From: Dicyema japonicum
Lineage: Eukaryota > Animalia > Dicyemida
Direction of reading: 5' to 3'
Length of the DNA: 64,000 nt
NCBI GenBank assembly: GCA_011109175.1
Contig: RDEW01000013.1
Span: forward strand, 494,558 to 558,557
Both the position numbers and the translations under genes were made by a program. Of the stretch, positions 52,831 to 64,000 are shown piece by piece. The notes below the pieces were generated by a model, which saw nothing but the letters and a program-made list of their open reading frames with translations, was not told where the DNA came from and did not search any database. Position 1 is the stretch's first letter; each line of letters begins with the position of its first letter.

Positions 52831-54930
52831 AAGTGATCCCGGTGTAAATACCAGACCCTCCCATCTGGTTATTTTTCGAGTCCAGAATTAATCAGCACAA
52901 AAGGAAATGTTTATTTCCTATCTCATATAAGAATAGCTTGATGTCCGCCCCGAGGGGATGTTCAGGAGACTTTGCCAGGGAATCATATAATTTTACTTTT
53001 GACGTTATCCGTATCCCTTTTCGTGATGGAGTAAACGTCGTTACACGTGACTTTTCTGGTAATACTTTTAGGCGGTTCTTCAAGAACCAAAGGTTTAATG
53101 TCTTTTGCACGGACCGTGTTGCCTCCTAGACTCTTCGATGTTTCACTGCAATCACGAGATCATCCGCGTACGATAAAAGAATTGCATTTTTAGTAGTTAG
53201 GGAAGGGTGGTCACTGAGAAACATGTTGAATAGCGCTATGACAACGGTGATTCTTTTGGAATTTTAATTGGAAGGTATAGCGGTTTTTATTTTTGGTTGT
53301 TTGTCACCACTTGACCATTCGACCGTTGATGACTATACCATGACTTGAATTTATGATGGGTCGACGTCATAAAAATTTGCCGTATAAACCTTCCGAATAC
53401 TGAGTCAAAAGCCTTCTCTACATCCACTGAGACTAGCACGGTTTCTCGTGGATCTGGAGTATTCAGACTATCCGAGATGAATCGGACCAGTTTTATTAAA
53501 AGGGTTGTTGTCGAACGTTCTCTGCAGAATTCGTGAGAAAAGATGGTAGAGTTACGAAAGGAAGAATCTTGAGAAGGACTAGTTTTTCCAAAACCCATGA
53601 CAACGCACAGATGATGGATACCCTAACCCTAGATGGTTTGTTTTTCTTCAGGATAGGGTGTATCAGTGATTTTTTTCCATATTAACGGAATCTTTTTTTT
53701 GTTTAGATTGAAAATTTTTGTTATTGCGGCTGTCGCGATGGTCCCAGGTGCTTCAGTTCAAGAAAGGAAATGTCATCTAAACCGCGGGACGACGAGTTAT
53801 TAATTTTCCTGATTACTGAATGCACCATTGACGGGTCGAAGAAAGTCATGTTGGGACATTTGTTCCTTCAACTATGGCCTGAATTTCCAAGTCCTTTGAA
53901 TATGGTTTATGATTAATATTCACATAGTACTCATAATGTCAATGGAATTTTGACATGGCTTTTGACGTCCAAATAAATGTGGAAAGTACTTCTTGTTCCT
54001 CCTTATTAATTTGCATAATACAGTGGAGGAAATATTATTCATAGCTTTTGTGAGCACGGCTTCCCAACGTTTTTTGTCGTGTTCTGTGATGTTCCGAGTG
54101 ATTTTTTAATCAGTTTTGATATCCTTTCAGTTATGTCCACTGATTGTCTTTTAAATTTCTCCAGATTATTTCTCGTTTGGATTAGTGCTCGTGTTTCAAC
54201 ATCAATTGGATGTGGTGGAAGTTAAGGGCGACCCATCGGAATGAATCTTTAGCGAGCTCAGAGAATAATCTCGTTAAGGTATTGTAAGCGGCGTCGATAG
54301 AGCTGAAATCCTATATCCGAAAAGCGTGAAGATGTAGCTCAATAAAATATGTGATAGAGGGTCATGTTGCCTTTGAGAAATTAACATTAGTTTTCGGAGT
54401 GTTTTTTGTGAGATCCTCATAGAGAATTGGCTACGGTCAGTATGTAACATCCCATGAAATGAAAGACGCAAGAGGGTGAAATAAAGGCTTCACTTTTGCG
54501 GGAAGAAGTCCTTGTGTGTTTGCTTGTATTATTGAAAATGGTCTGGTCGTCAAAACTGTCGGATATGAGGGCTCCCTGTTCATCCAGTTGTTGGTCATCA
54601 TACCATTGAGAACTCTTCAGGTTTAGATCACCGCCAATTAGGGTGTTTTCAAATCGGGTGAATCGTGTGAGTTCGGGGCGGTAGCCGCTGGGGCATGACG
54701 GTGGAAGGGATATGTACATATTGACAATTGTCAATAAGAGAGAAGGTAGGTAGATTCTTGAATTAGTTGTTCCAGAGTTCGTCTTGAAAGAAGGTGTCCG
54801 GGATGTCATCCGAAATATTGCTGGCCAGTATATGCTTCCTGACTAGCGTAATAAGGCCTCTTCCTTTTCCATGACCTCTGTCTCGCCTGAAAACGGAGTA
54901 TCCCGAAATGTTGGGGCAAGATAAATTATA
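52830..54930 (-). mobile_element. Vingi-like LINE (APE to 3' end), degraded
   Basis: GYSVFRRDR, NMYIS, IGGDLN, ERSTTT, VDVEKAFDSV, SYADD; ends GGGATCACTTAATT abutting the RTE tail. Confidence 0.82.
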
Positions 54931-55029
54931 AATTATTATATTTTTATGCAATTATTTTAATTAAATATTAAATTTGTTTTTGGTGTCTTATGGATTCTTG
55001 TTTGTTACAAATATTAATATATAGTTACA

Positions 55030-55354
55030 ATGCCCACTATTCCTCGTCATGACAAAGATTCTTCTACTAACTCACAAACTAACCCATTTTCTGATTCTAG
55101 AATGAGTTTGAGTAATACTCATAATATGCTAAAATATAGATCGTTCTCAATTTAATAAGAATCCTCGTAATCAATATCAATCGTATTCAACGAGGGAATA
55201 TTTGCACAAAACAGTGGTTCCTATTCTAATTCAATCAATGATGTCCCTCTGTAAGCAAAGGTATTTTATTTTACTATTTAGGCCGGACGATCCTATTGAT
55301 TTCATCATCGATTACCTCAAAAGGAACAAGCAAGGCTTTAGATATTCAATATAA
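55030..55354 (+). CDS. DPY30: Dpy-30 protein (COMPASS subunit)
   Basis: STREYLHKTVVPILIQSMMSLCKQRPDDPIDFIIDYLKRNK matches the Dpy-30 motif; introns 28 and 21 nt. Confidence 0.8.
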
Positions 55355-55482
55355 TTGATTCTTGTCCTTTTTATTATGGTGTCAATTTATCAGCTTAATA
55401 AGGTCACATTTAGTGTTGTTAAGCTTGGCGTCAATAATCCAATCAGTTTCTTAGTTATATACTAAGAGAATAAACAATTAAT

Positions 55483-57894
55483 TCATTTTGTAAAATAAAA
55501 GTCATTCAAATCGAGACGAAAAGCCAGAAAGTCAAGATCATCTCTGATCATAAGAGAGGATAAGAAAACTTTAACTTTATCCTATAATAATTGTTACTAA
55601 AAACCTGAAAAGTATTGAGGTAGACATCAAATTTCGATTTATAGTCAATAATATGAATATTAAACTTATTTGAAGTGATAAACTAAGGTAAATAGAATGA
55701 ATACATTATATTGATTAAATGCTTCATTTATGAGAATATCCAATTGAGTTTGAAAATTAATAATAATGTCGAAAATGTTAATTAATTCATTCATCATATT
55801 CTATATATAATAAAATAAAAACCAAAGAAGAATCGTCAACAAAGGAACCAACGAGAATATTTTGAATGAAAACCTGATGTGCCCTTGTTAAATCTCCCAT
55901 TTCTGTAGCAGTATTAAGTTTATGTACCAAAACATCCCAAGAACACATAAGAACCTCAAAACTCAAGTAAAATTGTATTTGTTGGACAAATGTAGTCATA
56001 CTGGAGACAGTCATAAAACAAACCATCAAAATAGATCTCATTTCTTCTATAATCAATTCAAAGAGGTACCAGATAATTTCATAAACCGTCTCGAATTGTG
56101 CATTAATTTTAACCACGTGGATGATAAAGTATATTCAATCCTCTTAAAACGCCAAAGAAAATTAAAAGCTCTCAAATAAAGTAACATTGATTGTCGACTT
56201 ATTACAGTAGTGATTGGACGAGGTAAGTCATAGTCGAGACAGAATATGTCCCAGCCTGTCTCATTGTTTGTCCATTGAAGAAGTTTGACGGAAAGACGTT
56301 GCATAATTATTTCTGATTCAAATTGAGCATTTGTTCCACGAACAGCTGTATCGAGAATAATATTTAATGTATGTTTTTGCTGGAATTTAGCTGGTTTTGA
56401 AAGTTCAGGTCTACAATTCAATAAATAATTACTCCAAAATGTCCATTAAATGTCGTACAAAATCACCCTGTGAGAGTAATATATATTTTCTGATGGCTGA
56501 AATATGCTCAATAAAATTATGAACATTGAGAAATGCTGTAATAACATGTTTATTGGCCAGATTATGTATTTTTATTAATTTAAATTCAAATTCTTCATTA
56601 CAGAAAGGCATGATATATGCTAACGTAAATAAAAATGATACAATCTGAAGAAAGTCCCGAAATAAGTCCAAGGAATTCTGTAGATTTAGACAATTTTGAT
56701 CCTTTAATATAACTTAGAAAACTAATACAACGACCAATTGATAAAATCTAATATAATTTAACAAATACCATTTCAGCCTGTTTCAAACTTATTATGCATG
56801 GAATCATAGGCTTTCTAAGAGAATACTTAATAGTCCATTGATCTTCCACAGTTTCAGTTATAAAAAATTCAAAATAAGGATCATTTACAGTTCCTGTTTT
56901 GATAAAAGTAATAATAAATTCCATCAAAGGTTCCATAGTGAGTTTTAGGAGTCTCTCGGAGAGTTTAATAAAATTCGGATTGCCAGTTGAACTCCAGAAC
57001 TCATGTACAGAGGATATAAGTTCACCTCCTTTCTTATCTAAAGATAAAAAAACCAATGACCTTTGCAATACTCACAAATTATAACCATCCAATTGAGGGT
57101 TCTTCTCATGTCATATAACCACACTTCTATTTTAGTCAATGTAAAGTCGTCATTAAGAACACGTGATGAGAGAGAAGAACACAAGGAATAAAATTCATTC
57201 AATTCTTGTTGAAGGGAATATTGAAATGCCTTATAATTAACTAACACTACCTGAAATACCAAAGTCTTTGGCACCTCAAAAGGTCGATACCCAGCCACTT
57301 CTTCTACCTTTCTCAACAACCAACCAATCTCTTTCAGTCTATAAATTCTGTCAGCCAAAGGTTGAGGCAACTGAAATAACAACCACATAAACATTATCAA
57401 CAGAATAGTCAGAATTTGTATTCAACACTAAATTTAGTGGATTAGGGATTATGGAATTGTCACTATATTTGTATTTAGGAGTATTTTTTGTAATCATATA
57501 TCTTCCAGTAGGGATTAAATGTACGTCATTTAGTTTGGGTGACTCATTACGTGAAATAATGTATAAAAATGATATAGTTTTTGCTGAAAGGTCACATTTA
57601 TATTGTCTAATTCTTCCGAGAACATTAAATAAATGGATCATTTTAATAGAGTTGTTATTTCGTTTTAACAGTTCCAAAATCCTCAAATCTTCGACCTCTT
57701 CAAAACGACCCGTTTTAGTTCTAAAATATATAAAATATAGTCATATTTAAAGTATAAGTACGCTTACTCAATCAAGCTTGTAATTATGTATTTTACTAGG
57801 CTTTGAGAAGAACCTATAATAAAGACAAAGTAATACCATCATAAGTCGGAACTATTTGATTGCATAAAAGTTTGCACAATTCGTTAAAATTCAT
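55483..57894 (-). CDS. TUBGCP3: Gamma-tubulin complex component 3
   Basis: RLKEIGWLLRKV, LQQELNEFY, KKGGELISSV...TGNP, DPYFEFFI, AIRKYILLSQGDFVRHLMD, TGWDIFCLDY, FNFLWRFKRIEY, LAFRLDLNDFY. Confidence 0.9.
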
Positions 57895-58010
57895 TTATCG
57901 AAACAATGAATAAACAAACCACCAGATTACAATAATAGCGGCATTTAAAAAATAATTTATATTTTATTAATTTAATAAATTATTGTTTCCTTAGTTTTTA
58001 TTAATAATAT
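57895..58010. promoter_or_regulatory. Putative bidirectional promoter TUBGCP3/CEP44
   Basis: 116 bp between divergent ATGs. Confidence 0.55.
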
Positions 58011-58853
58011 ATGAAAACGGGTGATTTGAAGAATACAATTATAAAGTTTGATAAACAACTAAGGAGAATACAATTTCCTTATGACCCTGATTATAAATCG
58101 TAGATTATCTAATACATGTAGATTAATCATTGGTTGTCCTACTGTCTTTTTGAAAATATATAATTACATATTCGTAGAATACAGTAAAGAAGTATGTCAA
58201 GAACTACTATTAAGAGATTATGAACTCGTGGGAAAGTCTGATTTCAGATTTATGGACGTCGTTTATAAAGTATTTAAATTTTAAAATTTAGTGTTTGATG
58301 CAAATATTTGGTTATAAACCTATTATTACGAGACAACAATTTTTTTCCAAAATGTTTATTGAGAATAAAATAATAATGTGTACTGAAGTAATAAGATTGG
58401 TTGAACAATTTGACCAAAAATTATCCAAAACAAAATCAAATTATATTTTTAATAAGAAAACAAAGAAAAGTAAACAAATTTTGAATTCTAATAACGTTTC
58501 AATTTTAATATAATATAGCCTTGTCTTGATGAATCGAGAATTTTATTGCTTGAGCGTCAAATTAAGTCACTTGAGGGAAATTCTCAAATTTTAGAAAACA
58601 TAAAATCTCGCATTGATATTTTGGAAAGTCGTATAAACCATTTAGAAGAAAATAAGCATAATGTAAAATTATAATACTAAATAATATAGGAAATAAGATT
58701 AGAATATAACGGAATGACAAAAAATGTTAGGAATGAGATTATTAAAATTAATGATGGCAATTCATATAATAAATATAGAAATATTGAACAAATGTAATTA
58801 TTTTTTATAATACAAGATTGGATGACATTGAAGACAATATAAATAAAAATTAG
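58011..58853 (+). CDS. CEP44: Centrosomal protein of 44 kDa
   Basis: MKTGDLKN...LIIGCPTVFL...ELVGKSDFRFMDVVYK...FGYKPIITRQQF...FIENKI matches the CEP44 N-terminal domain; C-terminal coiled coil. Confidence 0.9.
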
Positions 58854-58949
58854 TTAACATTCAAGGTTAATTATTTGCTTTAAAATTACATTTTTCGATT
58901 GAACTAGAATTGTTGTTGGTTATTATGTCAAAAATATATCTTTAATAGG

Positions 58950-59440
58950 GTGTATTCCGCTTTAATATCTCTGCATGGAATTATAGAAAAAAAACTTTAT
59001 GTTGGTTAAACATAGCAAAATAGTGAGAGACACAATAGCAAGTTGGTGTTGCATATGTGAAATTCGTTGAACGTGCTGTGTGAACTATAGCAAGCCTACA
59101 ACACAGGCCAACCCTGTCACTCTATGCAAACCCCAAAACAAAATAAAAATTATTACGACAACCAGTGATCTGTCTTAAATGCTATCCTCCATCCCTTTCA
59201 GGCCCAATGACAGGAGTTGTCTGAAGCAGATACACGATTTTGTTTCTATGAAAACCATCCGAAGACTCAATGAGAATAAAATATTACACCAACCCCCTTT
59301 TCCAATAAACCAATCAGAATCCTCACTTCCGAAATACATCCGGGTAAATATGGCTCGTCTACGATGCGATCACCACCCCCATCTCTACCGACGTAAAATA
59401 TCTTCTGTCCACTTTTCAACCTTTAAGAGTGTCCATAAGG
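58950..59440 (+). mobile_element. Ingi/Vingi-like C-terminal region fragment
   Basis: KQIHD...ENKILHQPPFPINQSESSLPKYIRVNMARLRCDHHPHL, typical of the I-group post-RT region. Confidence 0.7.
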
Positions 59441-59799
59441 ACCCGGAGTCCATTTAGCAAATATTCTTTAGATGAAATATACGTATTCCGTCTGGACCTT
59501 TTGTGAAAGAGTTCCGCCGGATTCTTTATCAAGGCACGTATCTCCAAGTCTATTTTGATTAGGAAAATACTTTATGACGGAGGGGGATTAAGTTTGCGGC
59601 TACGATTTGATTTATCCATATTGATCTAAAAATACAGCTGTAATGGGCCATAGGGTCGTCTGCTTGTTTTTGAAATGATTTGGTATGATTATAATTCATC
59701 ACTAAGATAACTGATGAAAACATTAAAAAGTTCTGTTGTCAAGCCCTTTTATTTCATAATACAATATTTTTCAAAATCAAAATCTTTGTTTGTTCCACA

Positions 59800-60810
59800 T
59801 GCGTGGGAAATTTTATGTAAAGTCCGTCTGACCAAATGAATGTTCCAAAATTCGGTCAGTTGGTCTGATCGTTCATACTCAAGACAAACTTCATCCACCA
59901 CGAGAATGCAGTTGGAGATCGTTCAGTTAAAACTGTGTTGATTGCTAATTGAGTCCGACTCCACTCCGTTATATACCGCGTCTCACATTTATGAGGTCGA
60001 TGATCTCTTGGTTTAGAGTGGTTTTTCTCCAGGGATGCATGCCTTTGGAACGTATTTTCGATCTCGGTGAGTATGCATTTGTTGAAGTGTTCGATTGAGG
60101 AATCAACCAAATGGAAATTTTTGAATGACAACTCCGTAAACACTGTTCAATTTTTTGTTCTAATTTTAACCACTGGGTGCGTCTGTTCAGTTTTGCGTCT
60201 TCCGCACTGGATTTAATCGAGATGGTAGTAGAAAAGAATTTCTAACTCTCGCCATGATGAGACCTAATCATCTGAAAGACCTAACTTCTTTTTTTATTGG
60301 AAATCCAGGACTTCTTACGAATTCAATTATTCCAAATATTCTGTCTGGATTATTTCCAGAAGTGGTCCGCCAACTTGATAGCCTTCGATCAGAAGGTCAG
60401 CTGAGTACGACCGATTGTGGTTGGGTTTGTCTTTAGGAGGTTGGCTGCCAAGATTGCCTCCCGATATTCTATCCCTGGATGAAAGCCCCATTGTTCCTTG
60501 CTGAGAAATTTCGTGATTCGATATGACGCGTAAGTCTTTTATAAATCAGCCTCTCCATAATTTTTGAAACTGAGTTTATGACTAAAAGGTTTATAATCCA
60601 AGGGATCCGTCCTCGATTTTCCAGGTTTTGGGATCATCCGAATAGTGGAATCCTTCCAAGCTTGCGGTACATATCCCATATTGAGACTTGCTCCAAATAG
60701 GTAATGGAGGACTTTAAATAGAGGACCTTCCTTAAATAGTTTAACCGTATCCCGTCAAATCCAGGAGCTTTATCTCGGCACTCCATAATGGTTAGTTTCA
60801 CCTCTTCATT
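59800..60810 (-). mobile_element. Degraded APE-type LINE RT remnant
   Basis: KAPGFDGI, PKPGKSRTDP and QWGFHPG relics. Confidence 0.55.
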
Positions 60811-60860
60811 AGTAATAATTAGAACAATCAGAAAATTAAAATAAGCCCTTTTCTATAATA

Positions 60861-61002
60861 ATCCTTAAAGTTCTTGATTATTCACGCATCCATTGGTTGA
60901 AAATGAACAGTTGTGTTTTTTGAAGGAATAAAATTTGAATGTTTTCAAAAAAAATTCGTTAAAACGTGGCTTGGAGCGTGAATAATCAAGAACTTTAAAG
61001 AT
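60861..61002. mobile_element. Small MITE-like palindrome
   Basis: TTAAAGTTCTTGATTATTCACGC / GCGTGAATAATCAAGAACTTTAA inverted repeats of ~30 bp. Confidence 0.7.
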
Positions 61003-61139
61003 CAATCAGTAAAAAGAACTTTTTCCGTAACATTTTAATTCATCACTAAGATAACTGATGAAAACATTAAAAAGTTCTGTTGTCAAGCCTTTTTATTTCA
61101 TAGTACAATATTTTTCAAAATCAAAATCTTTTAAACATC

Positions 61140-62830
61140 TTGATCTTTTACTAAGGTTTAATTTTTATTGTTCCAGTTGCATTAGTACAGAACTATAGTG
61201 ATCCTCATTTTTGATTGCTTTATGCCTTTTCTATCTTTAGATGAAATTGTCGAGGCTAGAGTACGTCGAAGTGATCTCTATGGAACGAGTCTAGATTGTG
61301 ATTGTCCGTATCAGAAAGTCCTCATTTTCCGGCATTGTAAAAGAGAATAGGCTTCATCAGTGAATTGTATTAACGTATCCGTGTTTGTCTACTTAATCCT
61401 TTACGCTTTAGCCAGTTTTCCTTAGGCTGCGTAGTGCACTGTTTGCATGTGTTTTCCGCATAATTACGTCTTGTTCATCTCCCAATAACGATCCGAGTTT
61501 CTTTACTTTTCTCCAATGTTCATCCAGCTTGGATTTTTGTTTGACTAGTTCAGTAAATTCTGTTTTCTCCACATTTACATTGAATAACCACTCGGCAAGT
61601 TTATTTTGCATCACCTCCAATAGGCTTTTCAGATAATTCATTACGAGAGAAATGAAATCCACGTCATCCGCATAAGCCACCACATCGATTTTTGCTTCAT
61701 AGTATGATCTTAGCTCCCTCAATGCAGCTTCCAGGTATATAACAAATAGTATGGGAGATAACGGATCCCCTTGAGGCGTCCCAATGGCTTAGAGCACTTG
61801 TCCTGTACCCTGAATGTTTGTCGCGTTTTTTAACTTTTGAATAGTGGAGCAACGCCATCTATGGCTCCACATAATGTCAGAAGTCTTCCTTCCTTCTCGA
61901 AAGCCACTGTAGATCTCGGATAAAAATTGTTCCGTACGAGGCTTTAAAGACAGGCTTGTCGCACTTCTGCAGGAGTTATTTCCATTTCCAATTTTTTGGG
62001 ATGAACAGTAAGTGCTGCAATTCTGTTGCTGTCTGACTTAAACAATTTCTTGAAGTGACAATTAATTCTGCAGCTTCTGCAGAGTCTGCTATCCGTCTGC
62101 CGTTTTCGTCGTTCATGATTAGAGGTTGTCTGCGTTTGCGCCCACGGAGTAATCTGATCCGCCTCATAGTACCTTCCATTGTCCTTCAGATCTTCAAGTG
62201 CCTTGATCTGTTCCTCAGTCTCATTCCTTGACATAGTGGAAACGTACTTTCTGATTTTCTTCTTGATATTTGTTCTTTCACGACTAAGCTCCTTTTTGAT
62301 ATGCTTGTCTTCAGTGTTTAAGTATTGAAGCCAATAGATTTTTTGCGTTAAGGTCGCCAGCGATGACCGTTATCGACAAGTGTAAAAGTTCAGAGTAAAC
62401 TTCAGAGAGACAGGAGTAGAACTGGTCTATCTCAGTAGGGTCTTTTCTAATCCATCTACTGTGGGGTGCGTACACGTTTATGATGGATAGTAAACTTTTA
62501 GATGGGCAGAGCTTGTTCATATAAAATCTGAAGTACGCAAATTCGGTCGTTTATGCTCCAATAGCCGTGAATCATTGGTCTCAGCTCTTTCTTTATCACA
62601 AATCCTTGGCCAAAGTGTCCTCTATCACTTCGAAATGAAATGATAGCCCAATATTTCCTCTTCTAGCCCATAGTGCAGTTTTGTTTCCTGCAAGCATCCA
62701 ACTGTAACTTCGTATTTTATCAGATCGTCGCATAGTGCTGTTGTCTTCCATAACTGTGTGAGCCCTCTGACATTAGATGTGAGTAGCAAGAAAGATGAAT
62801 CCACGAGTTTCCTGTAATTTTCAGACATAT
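61140..62830 (-). mobile_element. RTE-clade LINE with multiple deletions
   Basis: LTSNVRGL, GCLQETK, INVYAPH, AGDLNAK, GTPQGDPLSP, AYADDVDFI, KKLGSLLG. Confidence 0.85.
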
Positions 62831-62959
62831 TGTAAAAAGCCACTTCACCAGCTCAACCAAAAAAAGATTCCATATAAGTTGCTTAAAAAGGATTTCCTTA
62901 CTACATTATGTGGCAGGGAATCCAGAAGGCCACAGAAAGAACACAAATTAACCTGGGTA

Positions 62960-63170
62960 GGCTTAATGGCCGGATAATGGAAAACCGGCTCGTAATGAAT
63001 GCAGAGAAGTCGTCTAAGTTATTATTTACCTCTGACTCAGAAGAGCTGTTCAGGATTCTCGACCCCGCCGGACTCGTCCTCACCTTTGTCGGTCTGGGAT
63101 CACTTAGTTAGATGAGAACTTTTATTTCTTTCTCTTTGACCCAGTGATCCTGGGGGTAATAATAATAATA
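62960..63170 (+). mobile_element. Vingi-like 3' end, same subfamily as 26760-26900
   Basis: GACCCCGCCGGACTC...GGGATCACTTAGTTAGATGAGAACTTTTATTTC...CCAGTGATCCTGGGGG(TAA)n, nearly identical to the 26.8 kb terminus. Confidence 0.85.
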
Positions 63171-63698
63171 TACCTCTGACAAAAGATTGGGAAGGAAAAC
63201 AGTCACCTTGAAGTTAAACAAGGTCGGTATCCCTTTCAACAGATGTCAAAGGATCTTGGGTGTGACAATTGATATGCATCTGACACCACACGTAGAAAAC
63301 ATTCTATTGTGTCGCGAGCGCTGAGCGTGATGACAGGTGCCAACATCTGTAATGTTAATTGAAAATTAATCAATACTCGCAATCCACGCAGCAGGCTTCC
63401 TCAACTGACATTTGTTTAATTGTTAAAAAATTATTCTTCGTTAAAAAAAATAAATAAAATAAAATAAAAAATCAATAATATTTTTTACTTTATTGACCTT
63501 AAAAATTAAATTTTGACCTTTTTTGACATTACCCAAAATTGTTTACTTTTTTTGACTTAAAAAAAATTAAAATTTAATCAATAGTATAATTTTTTCTATT
63601 TTTATAAATTATTATATTCCGATATAAAGATTAATTCTATGATAATATTAATAATTATTATTACTTATTTATGATTTGAATTTTTTGTTGTTGTGGGC

Positions 63699-64000
63699 AT
63701 GGCTGTTTCTTGTAAGAAAAGAAGAAAAGATGTTTCAATCGACCTATCTACGAAAGTTACTAAAAGAAAAAACAAAAGAAACGTAGAGAATGTGGTCGAA
63801 GACTTGTCCAAGACCCAAAAAGTTGTCAATACTGATCTTAAAGAACATCTTCTCTCACTGCAATGCGTAGTCGACAAAGTTCACACTGTGGACAAGAGAC
63901 AATGGGCTGTGGAAGTAGTTGAAGCTACAAAATCCAGATTTAAGAGAATGCCCCGTGGTGGTTGGCCTCTGATTACGAATGCTTTTAACCAAAGATTCGG
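63699..64000 (+). mobile_element. Start of an R4/Dong-like ORF (runs off the window)
   Basis: Open from ATG 63699 to the window end; ATKSRFKRMPRGGWPLI resembles VAKHRFGRIPRGGWGLI at 22.7 kb, which precedes R4 RT relics. Confidence 0.6.

Larger units (their letters stand above)
59692..61131 (+). repeat. 96-bp near-identical direct repeat pair (59692-59787 and 61036-61131)
   Basis: TAATTCATCACTAAGATAACTGATGAAAAC...AAAATCAAAATCTTT occurs twice with about 2 mismatches. Confidence 0.85.

Overview
AT-rich eukaryotic genomic DNA using the standard genetic code (TAA, TAG and TGA are all used as stops). Very compact gene islands alternate with heaps of nested, mostly decayed transposons. Host genes are split by many ultrashort GT-AG introns, mostly 20-26 nt: RSPH10B, a cytohesin-like Sec7-PH ArfGEF, OXSM, UBA3 (apparently lacking its E2-binding domain), EFTUD2/Snu114 (P-loop reads GMT instead of GKT), a secreted double C-type lectin, a divergent cold-shock-domain protein, a small coiled-coil protein, DPY30, TUBGCP3 and CEP44. 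A ciliated metazoan with ~22-nt introns suggests a dicyemid mesozoan; this is inference. Mobile DNA includes RTE (one BovB-like), R4/Dong, CRE and Ingi/Vingi-like non-LTR elements, a tRNA-derived SINE sharing the RTE 3' tail, and hAT, Tigger-like and Mutator-foldback DNA elements. The most interesting signal is in the Ingi/Vingi-like family. A full-length, TSD-flanked copy (26760-29346) begins with a covarying HDV-topology pseudoknot that contains the start codon. That codon is in frame with a 2A-like StopGo peptide and the APE domain. The family ends in a covarying hairpin that contains the stop codon. Short non-autonomous copies keep only these two RNA structures. Gene models and RNA folds were built by eye, and boundaries of degraded TEs are approximate.
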